This document shows positions 46,125 to 55,711 of a stretch of 64,000 nt of DNA, piece after piece (position 1 is the first letter of the stretch; each line of letters begins with the position of its first letter). The position numbers were made by a program, and so were the translations under genes. A model generated the notes under the pieces. The model saw only the letters and a list, made by a program, of their open reading frames with translations. It made no database searches and had not been told where the DNA came from. The DNA is from Acidobacteriota bacterium (GTDB lineage Bacteria > Acidobacteriota > Vicinamibacteria > Vicinamibacterales > SCN-69-37), in contig JADYYY010000008.1 in the NCBI GenBank assembly GCA_020853395.1, forward strand, positions 21,889 to 85,888, read 5' to 3'.

Positions 46125-46150
46125 GGGGGCGAACGTCGCCCCCTTTTTTT
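46125..46150. terminator. Strong intrinsic terminator, potentially bidirectional
   Basis: GGGGGCGA-ACG-TCGCCCCC followed by T7 on the plus strand. The minus strand reads the same stem followed by TTTTCTT, 25 nt after the convergent gene's stop. Confidence 0.85.
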
Positions 46151-46174
46151 ATTCCCTCGGTCGTCCCGTCCTGC

Positions 46175-48298
46175 CTACCTGAACTCCACCCCGTCCCACA
46201 CGCGCACCCGCTGCACCACGTCCCACGGCGCGAGCTCGTCGAGCACCGGCCAGCCGTCGACGACGCGGCCGAACGCCGTGTACTTGCCGTCGAGGTGCGG
46301 CTGCGGCGAGAGCGTGACGAAGAACTGGCTGCCGCCGGTGTCGCGCCAGTCGAGCGCCATGCCGAGCGTGCCGCGCACATAGCGGGTCGCATTCAGCTCA
46401 TCGGGAATCGTGTAGCCTGGCCCGCCCTCGCCGTCACCGCGCGGGTCGCCGCCCTGCACGACGAACGCCGGCACCACGCGATGCAGCTTCATGCCGTCGA
46501 AGAACCCCGCCCGGGCCAGCTCGATGAAGTTCAGCGACGTCGCGGCCGCGTCCGTCATGTCGAGCTCGGCTTCGATCGTCCCGGCGCGCGTTTCGATGAA
46601 CACGTGCGGCGAGAACGCCGGGTGCAGCAGCGCATCCGACCCAAACCACTCGGCGGGCTGCCGCAGGCGAGCGGGGCGTTCGGGCGCCGCCGTCGCGTCG
46701 CCGAGGCCGCGGAGCAGCTCCGCCGTGCGCCATCGCACGGGCCACTCGCGATCTCCGAGACCGCGGCGGAGAATGGTCCGCGCTTCGTCGCTACCGTACG
46801 CGGCGAGCGCACCGAGCGCCGCCGCTCGGGCTGAGTAGGCGGCATCGCTCTGACCGCGGTCGTACGCGGTGACGAGGTGAGGCACGGCGCCCTCGAGCTC
46901 GATCTCGCCGATGAGCCGCGCGGCGGTCGCCCGCTCCACGAAGTCGGCCGCCTGAAGCGCGGTGAGCAAACGCGCGCCCAGATCCGGCGGCTTCACGACG
47001 GCCAACGTCTCGAGCGCGGCCGCGCGCACGCGCGCGTCGGCATCCTTCGCGAAGTCGTCCACCGCCGTGCGCACGAGGTCGGGCGAGAGCGTCCCGAGCA
47101 CGCGCGCGAGCGCCGCACGCACCGACCAATCCTTGTCGGGTTCCAGGCTGGCCAACACCACCAGGAAGGCGTCGGGCGCGACATGGGCGGCGGCGGTGAG
47201 CGCCGCCGCCCGCACGGCCGGCGCGGCATCGCTCACATAGTCGAGCAGCGCATCGAACGCGGGCGCGTACTGGGTCGCGCCGAGCGCCGTGATCGTCTCG
47301 AGGATCAGAACCGGAGGCGCCCCCGGCGCGTCGAGCAGCTCGATCAAAGGAACGGCGGCCTCACGCCCTCCCACCTGGCCGAGGGCTCGCACGGCGGCCA
47401 CACGGACTTTGACGTCAGCATCGCGCCGGGCGGCCAGCCCCTTGGCCACCGCAACGAGGCTCGGCTCCTTGAACGCGGCGAGGCCACGCAACGCGAACCC
47501 CGCGGTGTAGATGCCGGGTGTGCCCGCCAATGCGGACAGGGCCGGCACGGCCCGGCGGTCGGCGATCCGCTGCAGCGCGTACGCCACGGGCCACCAGCGC
47601 GAGACCGGCTGTCCGCGACCGTCGAGCGCGACGCCGGCAATCGCGTCGTAGCTCTGCAGCCGCACGAACGCGAACAGCGCGGCGCGACACACTTCGATCT
47701 CCGGCGCCTTCGGCGCCTCGTCATCGGGCTCGAGCGTCGCGATCCGCGCACTGCAGCCCGCCGCGGCCTGATAGATGGCGGGCACGGCCGACGCGGACCC
47801 GATCAGGCCGAGCGCGTCGATGGCTCGCGCGCGAACGACGAGCGATGGATCCGCCAGCGCGGTTTGCAGCGCGACCACGGCGTCGCGGGCGTCGGGTCCA
47901 ATCAGCCCCAGCGCGAAGGCGGCGGTCGCACGCACCGCCTCCTCGGGATCCTGCAGCGACGCGATCAACGCGGGCACCACGTTCGGCAGCGCGATGCGGC
48001 CGAGCGCGAGCACGGCACGGCGCCGCACGACGGGATCCGGATCGACGGCGAGCGCATCGAGCGCGGGCTCGCTCGCGGATCGAAATCGTGCCGGCCCCGG
48101 AACATCGGCGGCCGCGCTCCCCGGATCGCGAAGCTGCCTCTGCTGCTCGAGCCTGACGATCCAGCCGAGCTTCGTGTCGCGCGACACCGTGTGCTCGGGA
48201 ACGACGACGACCTCCGGCGCCGGCACGGACTTGCACGAAGCGGCGATGAGACACGCGAACGCGATGAGCGCGCGGCTCACGGCCGCAGGTCGCGCCAT
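46175..48298 (-). CDS. HEAT-repeat lipoprotein fused to a cyclophilin-type peptidyl-prolyl isomerase
   Basis: Lipobox LIAASC. About 500 aa of D..VR..A..ALG HEAT-like repeats. The C-terminal cyclophilin has FHRVVPAFVVQGGDP-like (HRVVPAFVVQGGDP) and GSQFFVT motifs. Confidence 0.85.
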   Translation of the reverse strand: MARPAAVSRALIAFACLIAASCKSVPAPEVVVVPEHTVSRDTKLGWIVRLEQQRQLRDPGSAAADVPGPARFRSASEPALDALAVDPDPVVRRRAVLALGRIALPNVVPALIASLQDPEEAVRATAAFALGLIGPDARDAVVALQTALADPSLVVRARAIDALGLIGSASAVPAIYQAAAGCSARIATLEPDDEAPKAPEIEVCRAALFAFVRLQSYDAIAGVALDGRGQPVSRWWPVAYALQRIADRRAVPALSALAGTPGIYTAGFALRGLAAFKEPSLVAVAKGLAARRDADVKVRVAAVRALGQVGGREAAVPLIELLDAPGAPPVLILETITALGATQYAPAFDALLDYVSDAAPAVRAAALTAAAHVAPDAFLVVLASLEPDKDWSVRAALARVLGTLSPDLVRTAVDDFAKDADARVRAAALETLAVVKPPDLGARLLTALQAADFVERATAARLIGEIELEGAVPHLVTAYDRGQSDAAYSARAAALGALAAYGSDEARTILRRGLGDREWPVRWRTAELLRGLGDATAAPERPARLRQPAEWFGSDALLHPAFSPHVFIETRAGTIEAELDMTDAAATSLNFIELARAGFFDGMKLHRVVPAFVVQGGDPRGDGEGGPGYTIPDELNATRYVRGTLGMALDWRDTGGSQFFVTLSPQPHLDGKYTAFGRVVDGWPVLDELAPWDVVQRVRVWDGVEFR

Positions 48299-48354
48299 GG
48301 CCGTATGGTAGCAGCGCGCGACGGGCCACGCCGCTGCTATACTCCGCGGCCAGC

Positions 48355-48993
48355 TTGGACTTCCGTTACCTGGCCATCGAGGGCCCGATCGGATCCGGGA
48401 AGACCGCACTTGCGAGGCGTCTCTCGGCCCACCTGGACGCGTCGGCCGTGCTGGACGAGCCCGACAATCCGTTTCTGCCGGACTTCTATGCCGGACGCAG
48501 CGGCGCGGCCTTCCAGGCGCAGCTCTTCTTCGTCCTGGCGCGCCACCGCCAACTGCTCGCCCTTCGACAGCGCGATCTGTTCAGCCAGGTCACCGTGTGC
48601 GACTTTCTCTTCGAGCGCGATCGCGTCTACGCGTTCGTGAACCTCGACGACAACGAGCTCTTCATCTATCAGCGCCTCTACGACCTGCTCTCCCGCGACG
48701 TCGTCGCTCCGGACGTCGTCATGTACCTGCAGTCGCCGACCGACACCCTGGCGCGCCGGCTCCGCGAGCGCGAGCGGCGCGCCGCCGATCCTCAGATCGT
48801 GCCGGACGAGGCGTACCTCGCCGAGCTCAACGAGGCCTACACGCACTTCTTCTTCCACTACACGGCCACGCCGCTGCTCGTCGTCGAAACGTCCCAGATG
48901 GACCTGTCGTGGGGGGACGACACGGTGGAGGAACTGCTGCGACAGCTTCGCGGGATGACGCGGGGAACCCGGTACTACGTGCCGAGGGCGTAG
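48355..48993 (+). CDS. Deoxynucleoside kinase family protein
   Basis: P-loop IEGPIGSGKT, ERD motif FERDRVYA and LRERERR lid. TTG start. Confidence 0.8.
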   Translation: MDFRYLAIEGPIGSGKTALARRLSAHLDASAVLDEPDNPFLPDFYAGRSGAAFQAQLFFVLARHRQLLALRQRDLFSQVTVCDFLFERDRVYAFVNLDDNELFIYQRLYDLLSRDVVAPDVVMYLQSPTDTLARRLRERERRAADPQIVPDEAYLAELNEAYTHFFFHYTATPLLVVETSQMDLSWGDDTVEELLRQLRGMTRGTRYYVPRA

Positions 48994-49024
48994 GCGCGTG
49001 CCGCGCGGCTGAACTTCCAGTACA

Positions 49025-49936
49025 GTGCGTCAGATGGCGTGGTTCAAGAAGACGCGCAAGCCTCTCGAGAACCCCGAGAAGGCGAGCCGGGTCCCGGAAG
49101 GCCTGTGGGTGAAGTGCCCGTCGTGCGGGCGCGTCATCTACAACAAGGATCTCGTGGCGGGGCTGGCGGTCTGTCCGCATTGCGCGCATCACTTCAGGAT
49201 GTCGGCGGCCGATCGGCTGCGCATGTTGTGCGATCGCGGAGCCTGGACGGAGCACGACCCCGGCCTGCGGTCCACCGATCCGCTGGTGTTCGTCGATACG
49301 AAACCGTATGCCGGCCGTCTCGCGGCGAGCATCGCGGCCAGCGGGCTGAACGATGCCGTCATCATCGGCACGGGCACGATTGAGCAGCAGCCGGCCATCG
49401 TCGCGGCGATGGAGTACTCGTTCATCGGCGGCAGCATGGGCGTGGTGGTCGGCGAGAAGATCACACGCGCCGCGGAGTACGCCCTCGCAGAACGGCTGCC
49501 GCTCGTCGTCGTGTCCTGCTCCGGCGGCGCACGGATGATGGAAGGCGCGCTGTCGCTGATGCAGATGGCGAAGATCAGCGCGGCGCTCGGTCGGCTCGAT
49601 CGCGCGGGCGTTCCCTACATCTCCGTGCTGACCGATCCGACGACCGGCGGCGTCACGGCGAGCTTCGCGATGCTCGGGGACGTGATCCTGGCCGAGCCCA
49701 AGGCGTTGATCGGCTTCGCCGGCCCGCGCGTCATCGAGCAGACGATCCGGCAGACGCTGCCGGAGGGCTTCCAGCGGAGCGAGTTCCTCCTCGAGAAAGG
49801 CTTCGTCGACGCGATCGTGGACCGGCGCGAGCTCAAGCCGACGATCGCGAGGCTGCTGCGGTGGCTCGCCGCGGGCAGACCGCCGGCGGAGGCGGCGCGC
49901 ACGGGCGGGGAGTCCGATGAAGGCCGCCGCGTCTGA
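49025..49936 (+). CDS. accD: Acetyl-CoA carboxylase carboxyltransferase beta subunit
   Basis: Zinc ribbon CPSCGRV...CPHCAHH, then FIGGSMG and the carboxyltransferase fold. Confidence 0.95.
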   Translation: MRQMAWFKKTRKPLENPEKASRVPEGLWVKCPSCGRVIYNKDLVAGLAVCPHCAHHFRMSAADRLRMLCDRGAWTEHDPGLRSTDPLVFVDTKPYAGRLAASIAASGLNDAVIIGTGTIEQQPAIVAAMEYSFIGGSMGVVVGEKITRAAEYALAERLPLVVVSCSGGARMMEGALSLMQMAKISAALGRLDRAGVPYISVLTDPTTGGVTASFAMLGDVILAEPKALIGFAGPRVIEQTIRQTLPEGFQRSEFLLEKGFVDAIVDRRELKPTIARLLRWLAAGRPPAEAARTGGESDEGRRV

Positions 49937-51197
49937 CGTTCGCGCGCGGTTGTTCGGCCTCGAGCAGATCGGCATCAAGCTCGGGCTGGATCAGATCAAC
50001 GGCCTGCTCGATCGGCTCGGCAGGCCCGACCTCGCGTTTCCTTCGATTGCGGTCGCCGGCACCAACGGCAAGGGATCCGTGGCGGCGATGCTCGAGCGCG
50101 GCGTTCGGGCCGCAGGCTATCGGACCGGACGCTACACCTCGCCCCACCTCGCGGACGTCGAAGAGCGGATCGTCGTCGACGGCCGCCCGGTCCGGGCCGA
50201 CGTGTTCGATGCCGCTGCCGAGCGAGTCCTCGACGCCGGACGCGGGCTGCCCTTCCCGCCCACGTTCTTCGAAGCGACGACGGCCTTGGCGTTGGATGTG
50301 TTCCGGGGCGCCGGCGTGGACGTGGCTGTTCTCGAAGTGGGCATGGGCGGCCGGCTCGACGCGACCAATGCCGTGACGAACGTCGCGTCCGCGATCACCG
50401 CGATCGACTTCGACCACGAGCAGTACCTCGGCGACACGATCGAGGCAATCGCCGCGGAGAAGGCCGGCATCGTCAAACCCGGCACGGTGACGGTGCTGGG
50501 TCCGAACCGCGCGGCCGTTGAGGCGGTGGTCGCCGCCACCTGTCAGAGACGTGGGACCGAGCTCGTACGAGCCCGCGAGGGTGTGACGGCGGACGTGACC
50601 TTCGTCGACGGACGCGCGACCATGGCGCTGCGAACGCCCGAACACGAGTACCAGCCGCTCGTGCTGGCCCTGCGCGGACGGCATCAGGTGGACAACGCGA
50701 TCACGGCGATCCGCCTGCTCGAGCGGCTGTCGGCACGCCGCTGCTTCGATGTGCCGTTCGCTGCAATTCGAACGGCCGTCGAGGACGTGACCTGGCCGGC
50801 CCGGCTGGAGCTGCTCCAGGCGGGCTCGATGCAGGTGCTCATCGACGGGGCGCACAATCCCGCGGGCGCGAGGGCGCTCGCCAGCTATGTCGGCGAAACC
50901 TACGGGCGGCCGATGCCAATCGTCGTCGGCGTGATGCGAGACAAGAAGGTGGCGGCGATCCTGAAAGCGCTCGCGGGGGCGGCCAGCGAGTTCGTCTGCA
51001 CGTCTGTCTCGACGCCGCGGGCGATGAGCGCGCCGGAACTGGTCGCAACCGCTGCGACGGCAGTGCCGTCGATCCCGGCGATCGCGGTCGCGGCGCCGAT
51101 GGATGCGGTGCGATATGCCGCGGCGCTCGACTCGCCGGTCGTGGTGGCCGGGTCGCTCTACCTGGCCGGTGAGGTCCGGACCGGCCTGACGTCGTGA
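49917..51197 (+). CDS. folC: Bifunctional folylpolyglutamate synthase/dihydrofolate synthase
   Basis: VAGTNGKGS P-loop and Mur-ligase architecture. Conserved accD-folC synteny. Confidence 0.9.
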   Translation: MKAAASDVRARLFGLEQIGIKLGLDQINGLLDRLGRPDLAFPSIAVAGTNGKGSVAAMLERGVRAAGYRTGRYTSPHLADVEERIVVDGRPVRADVFDAAAERVLDAGRGLPFPPTFFEATTALALDVFRGAGVDVAVLEVGMGGRLDATNAVTNVASAITAIDFDHEQYLGDTIEAIAAEKAGIVKPGTVTVLGPNRAAVEAVVAATCQRRGTELVRAREGVTADVTFVDGRATMALRTPEHEYQPLVLALRGRHQVDNAITAIRLLERLSARRCFDVPFAAIRTAVEDVTWPARLELLQAGSMQVLIDGAHNPAGARALASYVGETYGRPMPIVVGVMRDKKVAAILKALAGAASEFVCTSVSTPRAMSAPELVATAATAVPSIPAIAVAAPMDAVRYAAALDSPVVVAGSLYLAGEVRTGLTS

Positions 51198-53554
51198 TGC
51201 GCTGTAAGGGATTCACGTCCTGCCGCACCGAGCCGCCGGCCGGCGCTCCGCGGCTGTTTCCATCGTTCGTCCTGGTGGCGATCGCGCTCGCGTGCCTGGT
51301 CGCGCGTCCCGCCGCGGCACAGGACAGCCCCTTCTCCTCCTGCAAGCAGACGGAGCCGATCCGGATGCTCAGCCAGACGCCCGAGCCGATTGACGGCCGG
51401 CCCGGCGCGGTCCGATGGACGCTCACCGGCAACCCGGTCGTGGTCGTGTGCGACGACACGACGCTCATGGCCAACACGCTCGTGTACGAGAGCGACAGCA
51501 AGGCCATCCATGCCTCCGGCGATGTCGTGCTGCGGCAGCCCGACCTCACGCTGTCAGCCGCCCGGGCCGATCTCAACGGCGACACCAAGCTGGGAACGTT
51601 CTATGACGCCGCCGGCATGGCGCGAATCGGCGATGAACCCGCGGAGAAGAGCCCGTTCGGGACGATGGAGCCCGACGTCACCTTCGCCGGAGAGCGGATC
51701 GAGAAGCTCGGACCGAAGACGTACCGGATCCACCGCGGCCGCTTCACGACCTGCATCCAGCCGACGCCTCGGTGGGAGGTGACCTCCGGCGACGCCACCC
51801 TCACGCTCGACAAGCACGCGCTGCTGAAGAACGTCGTGCTTCGCGTGAAGGACGTGCCGATCCTGTATCTGCCGGCGTTCTACTACCCGATGGACAAAGG
51901 CGATCGCGCCACCGGCTTCCTGCTGCCGACGTACGGCGCGTCGACGTTCCGCGGCACGACGCTGAGCAATGCGTTCTTCTGGGCGATCAGCCGGAGCCAG
52001 GACGCGACGTTCTTCCACGACTGGACCACGAAGTCTGGTCAGGGCATCGGCAGCCAGTACCGCTACGTTTCGTCGCCGGACGCGCGCGGCACGGTCAACT
52101 TCTCGGTGTTCAACTCGCCCGAGGCCTCGACCTCGACGGGCGATATCGTCGCAGGCCGCCGCTCGATGCAGGTGGACGGCGACGCGAACCAGGGCCTGCC
52201 GGCCGGTTTCCGGTTGATCGGCCGTGTCAACTACTTCACGGACGCGGCGACTCAACAGATGTACCAGGACGTCTACGATTCCGGCAGCCGCCAGCAGCGA
52301 TCGATCAACGCCATGCTGACCGGCAACGTGGGCGCGGCGAGGCTGTCGGCGACGTTCGATCGGAACGACTACTTCTACGGCGCGAACGGCACGCGCACCG
52401 GCCGTGCGCCGTCGGTGAACGTCTCGCTGCCGGATCGCACGGTGGGCCGGACCAAGCTCTACGTCGGCACCTCCGCCGACATGTCGTATCTCGTGCGGCA
52501 GGACGACCTGTCGCGACCGGACACCGACCACAGCCTGTGGCGCCTCGACGGCAACACGCGGATTCGCGCGCCGCTCAGCTCGCTGTCGTTTCTCAGCGTC
52601 ACTGCCGATGCCTCGTGGCGGTTGACGTACTGGACCGAGTCCATCGATCCGCTCGCGGATGCTCAAGTGCCGGTCGGCTTGGGCCGCCAGCTCTTCGAGC
52701 TGCGCACCCAGGTGGTCGGCCCGACGGTCTCGCGCATCTTTCAGCGGCCCAACGGGAAGTACGCCGATCGCTTCAAGCACGTCATCGAGCCAACCTTCAG
52801 GATTCGCCGCACGACGACGTTCCGCGAGTTCGATCGGGTCGTGCAGAACGACTACTCGGTGGACGGCCAGGTCGGCGGCGTCACCCAGATCGATTACGGC
52901 GTGAGCAACAAGGTGCTCGCCCGCCGTCCCCCACCGCCGGCGGCGCCGGGCGCGCCGCCGCGGCCGGGCGTCACGCGTCAGATCCTGACCGTCGACCTGA
53001 TGCAGTCGTACTACTCGAATGCCCTCGCGGCCCGCTACGACTCGCAGTACCAGTCGGTCAGCGCCGGCTCGTTCGGACCCCTGCGGCTGCAGGCCTCGAC
53101 CCGGCCGGCCGATCGGGTCACGGGTCAGTTCGGCATGGAGATCGACGCGAAATATCGGGCCGTCACGATCCTGTCCGCCACCGGCCGCCTCGAGAGCGAT
53201 CGCACCGAGCTCACGCTGAACTGGTCGAAGAGACGACGGATTCGCGACGTTCCGGAGTATCAGTACGAGAGCCACTTCCTCAGCGGCGGCACGCGGGTGC
53301 GATCGCGGACCAACCACGTGGGCGGCGAGTACCGGTTCACGATCGACATGGGCAACCGCCGGTGGGTCCAGCAGCGGGTGCTCGCCTACTACAACTCGCA
53401 GTGCTGCGGCGTCTCGGTCGACTGGCAGCAGATCGACAGTCCCCTGCTGAGCGCTCGAGGCGTGCCGACCAACCATCAGTTCGGCATCTCGTTCACGCTG
53501 GCCGGCGTCGGATCGTTCGCCAATCCTTTGGGATCATTCGGCGGTGCGAGATAA
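51194..53554 (+). CDS. lptD: LPS-assembly outer-membrane protein LptD
   Basis: Signal peptide, OstA-like N-terminal jellyroll and a long beta-barrel region (PAFYYP..., aromatic-rich alternating strands). Confidence 0.8.
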   Translation: MMRCKGFTSCRTEPPAGAPRLFPSFVLVAIALACLVARPAAAQDSPFSSCKQTEPIRMLSQTPEPIDGRPGAVRWTLTGNPVVVVCDDTTLMANTLVYESDSKAIHASGDVVLRQPDLTLSAARADLNGDTKLGTFYDAAGMARIGDEPAEKSPFGTMEPDVTFAGERIEKLGPKTYRIHRGRFTTCIQPTPRWEVTSGDATLTLDKHALLKNVVLRVKDVPILYLPAFYYPMDKGDRATGFLLPTYGASTFRGTTLSNAFFWAISRSQDATFFHDWTTKSGQGIGSQYRYVSSPDARGTVNFSVFNSPEASTSTGDIVAGRRSMQVDGDANQGLPAGFRLIGRVNYFTDAATQQMYQDVYDSGSRQQRSINAMLTGNVGAARLSATFDRNDYFYGANGTRTGRAPSVNVSLPDRTVGRTKLYVGTSADMSYLVRQDDLSRPDTDHSLWRLDGNTRIRAPLSSLSFLSVTADASWRLTYWTESIDPLADAQVPVGLGRQLFELRTQVVGPTVSRIFQRPNGKYADRFKHVIEPTFRIRRTTTFREFDRVVQNDYSVDGQVGGVTQIDYGVSNKVLARRPPPPAAPGAPPRPGVTRQILTVDLMQSYYSNALAARYDSQYQSVSAGSFGPLRLQASTRPADRVTGQFGMEIDAKYRAVTILSATGRLESDRTELTLNWSKRRRIRDVPEYQYESHFLSGGTRVRSRTNHVGGEYRFTIDMGNRRWVQQRVLAYYNSQCCGVSVDWQQIDSPLLSARGVPTNHQFGISFTLAGVGSFANPLGSFGGAR

Positions 53555-53564
53555 TGACGCGGCC

Positions 53565-54581
53565 ATGGGGCTCAACGTCCTCGTCACGGGCGGTGCCGGA
53601 TTCATCGGCTCGAATTTCGTCAGATGGGCCCACCGGCGGCATGCCGACTGGCACATCACCACGCTCGACAAGCTGACGTACGCGGGACGGCTCGAGAACC
53701 TGCAGGACGTCATCGACAGCCCACGGCATCGGTTCGTCAAGGGGGACATCGCCGACGAGGCCGTCTCCGCCCCGCTCGTGCGCGAGGCGGACTTCGTGGT
53801 GCACTTCGCCGCCGAGACCCACGTGGACCGCTCGATCCACCACGCCGGCGAGTTCATCCGGACGGACGTCTTCGGCACGTTCGTGCTGCTCGAAGCCGCG
53901 CGCGAGGCGTCCCGGCTGCGGAAGTTCATCCAGATCTCGACCGACGAGGTCTACGGCAGCGTCCCGGACGGATACAGCCGGGAAACGGACGAGCTGCGGC
54001 CGCGCAACCCGTATTCGGCCAGCAAGGCCGGCGCGGATCGGCTGGCCTACAGCTACTTTGCGACGTACGGCGTGCCGGTCGTGATCACGCGCGCGTCGAA
54101 CAACTACGGGCCGCACCAGTTCCCTGAGAAAGTGATCCCGCTCTTCATCACGAACCTGATCGACGGCGTGCCGGTGCCGCTCTACGGCGATGGGCTCAAC
54201 GTCCGCGACTGGCTGCACGTCGACGATCATTGCCGCGCCATCGACCTGCTCCTCGAAGTGGGCGACACCGGCGAGGTCTACAACGTGGGGGGCGGCAACG
54301 AGGTGCGGAACGTCGATCTCACGCATCGCCTCCTGGAGCTGTGCGGGCGCTCGACGGCGCTCATCAACCACGTACCCGATCGTCTCGGCCACGATCGCCG
54401 CTACGCGCTCGACTCGGGCAAGCTGCGGCAGCTCGGCTGGCGCCCGGAGGTGCCGTTCGATCGGGGGCTGGCCGAGACGGTGGCCTGGTATCGCGAGAAC
54501 AAATGGTGGTGGCGGCCCATCAAGGAGCAGGACCCCGCCTACCGCGAATACCACGCGCGGCAGTACGGCACCAGCCCGTAG
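53565..54581 (+). CDS. rfbB: dTDP-glucose 4,6-dehydratase
   Basis: VTGGAGFIGSNF, STDEVYG and YSASKAG catalytic motifs. Confidence 0.95.
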   Translation: MGLNVLVTGGAGFIGSNFVRWAHRRHADWHITTLDKLTYAGRLENLQDVIDSPRHRFVKGDIADEAVSAPLVREADFVVHFAAETHVDRSIHHAGEFIRTDVFGTFVLLEAAREASRLRKFIQISTDEVYGSVPDGYSRETDELRPRNPYSASKAGADRLAYSYFATYGVPVVITRASNNYGPHQFPEKVIPLFITNLIDGVPVPLYGDGLNVRDWLHVDDHCRAIDLLLEVGDTGEVYNVGGGNEVRNVDLTHRLLELCGRSTALINHVPDRLGHDRRYALDSGKLRQLGWRPEVPFDRGLAETVAWYRENKWWWRPIKEQDPAYREYHARQYGTSP

Positions 54582-54583
54582 TC

Positions 54584-55531
54584 ATGCCGCAAGCCACTGT
54601 CGTGACGGGCGGGACCGGTTTCGCCGGCCGGCACCTGCTCGATCTGATCGGGTCGTCTTCCGACGTCATCGCCTGGTACCGGCCAGGCGGAAGGCTGCCC
54701 GATCGCGGCGGCGTCACCTGGCGGCCGGTGGACGTCGTCGACCGCGCGGCCGTGGCCGATGCGATTCGCGAGGCACAGCCGGCGCGGCTCTTTCACCTCG
54801 CGGGTGCACCGAACGTCGCGACGTCGTGGCAGAACGTGCTGGCCCACCTGCAGACCAACGCGCTCGGCACGCACCATCTGCTGGATGCCGTCCGGCGCTA
54901 CCGGCCCGGCTGCCGCGTGCTCGTGGTCTCGTCCGCGCACATCTACCAGCCCGGCGACAGCCCCATCGACGAGCACGCGCGCGTCCGTCCGGAGAGTCCG
55001 TACGGATTCTCGAAGCTGGCACAGGACCAGCTCGCGCTCCAAGCGGCCACAGAAGAGGGACTGGACGTGGTGGTGGCTCGGCCGTTCAACCACATCGGTC
55101 CGCGCCAGCAGCCTGGCTTCGCCATCGCCGACTTCGCCCGCCAGATTGCCCGCATCGAGCGCGGCCTGACGGAACCGGTCCTGCGCGTCGGCAACCTGAC
55201 CGCGAAGCGCGATGTCAGCGACGTCCGCGACGTCGTTCGGGCCTACGCGACCATCGTCTCGCGCGGCACGGCGGGCCGGCCGTACAACGTGTGCTCGGGA
55301 CGCGCGTCGCGCATGCAGGACCTGCTCGAACGCCTGATCGCGCTCTCGTCCGCGTCCATTCGCGTCGAAACCGATCCCGCGCGGCTCCGCCCGCACGACG
55401 CTCCGATCATCCAGGGGGATCCCACCCGGATCCAGTCCGAGCTCGACTGGACGCCGAGCATTCCGATCGACCAGACCCTGCGCGACACGCTCGAAGGCTG
55501 GCGCGCCGACGTGGCGAGTTCGAGCCGCTAG
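54584..55531 (+). CDS. NAD-dependent sugar epimerase/reductase (GDP-6-deoxy-mannose reductase-like SDR)
   Basis: VTGGTGFAGRHL Rossmann motif and YGFSKLAQD catalytic YxxxK. Confidence 0.8.
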   Translation: MPQATVVTGGTGFAGRHLLDLIGSSSDVIAWYRPGGRLPDRGGVTWRPVDVVDRAAVADAIREAQPARLFHLAGAPNVATSWQNVLAHLQTNALGTHHLLDAVRRYRPGCRVLVVSSAHIYQPGDSPIDEHARVRPESPYGFSKLAQDQLALQAATEEGLDVVVARPFNHIGPRQQPGFAIADFARQIARIERGLTEPVLRVGNLTAKRDVSDVRDVVRAYATIVSRGTAGRPYNVCSGRASRMQDLLERLIALSSASIRVETDPARLRPHDAPIIQGDPTRIQSELDWTPSIPIDQTLRDTLEGWRADVASSSR

Positions 55532-55576
55532 CCTTACGCCATATTTTCGCCTAGGATCGCTCCCTGGGAATCGACC

Positions 55577-55696
55577 ATGGGAGCCCGGACGGCCGATCGG
55601 CACGGCCAGTACCTGCTGTTCGAAGAGCTGGACAGCGCGCCGACGCTGCGCGACGTCGCGAACGCCGTGCGCGAGGCCGGCTCAACGCGCGCGTAG
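55577..55696 (+). pseudogene. Detached 5' fragment of the downstream radical-SAM gene (39 codons ending at an in-frame TAG)
   Basis: Same reading frame as 55712..56644. It shares the peptide TLRDVANAVREAG through a 40-bp perfect repeat. Similarity resumes at CAACGCGCGC (55683 vs 55792). Confidence 0.5.
55642..55681 (+). repeat. 40-bp perfect direct repeat, copy 1
   Basis: GACGCTGCGCGACGTCGCGAACGCCGTGCGCGAGGCCGGC, identical to 55717-55756. Confidence 0.9.
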
Positions 55697-55711
55697 CTGG
55701 GGGCTGGGGGA

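Noticed and set aside
46049-46150. The Lys-codon-rich micro-ORF plus terminator as a classical leader-peptide attenuator for lysine genes.
   Set aside because: The next gene beyond the terminator (46175..48298) is on the opposite strand and convergent, so no downstream cistron could be attenuated.
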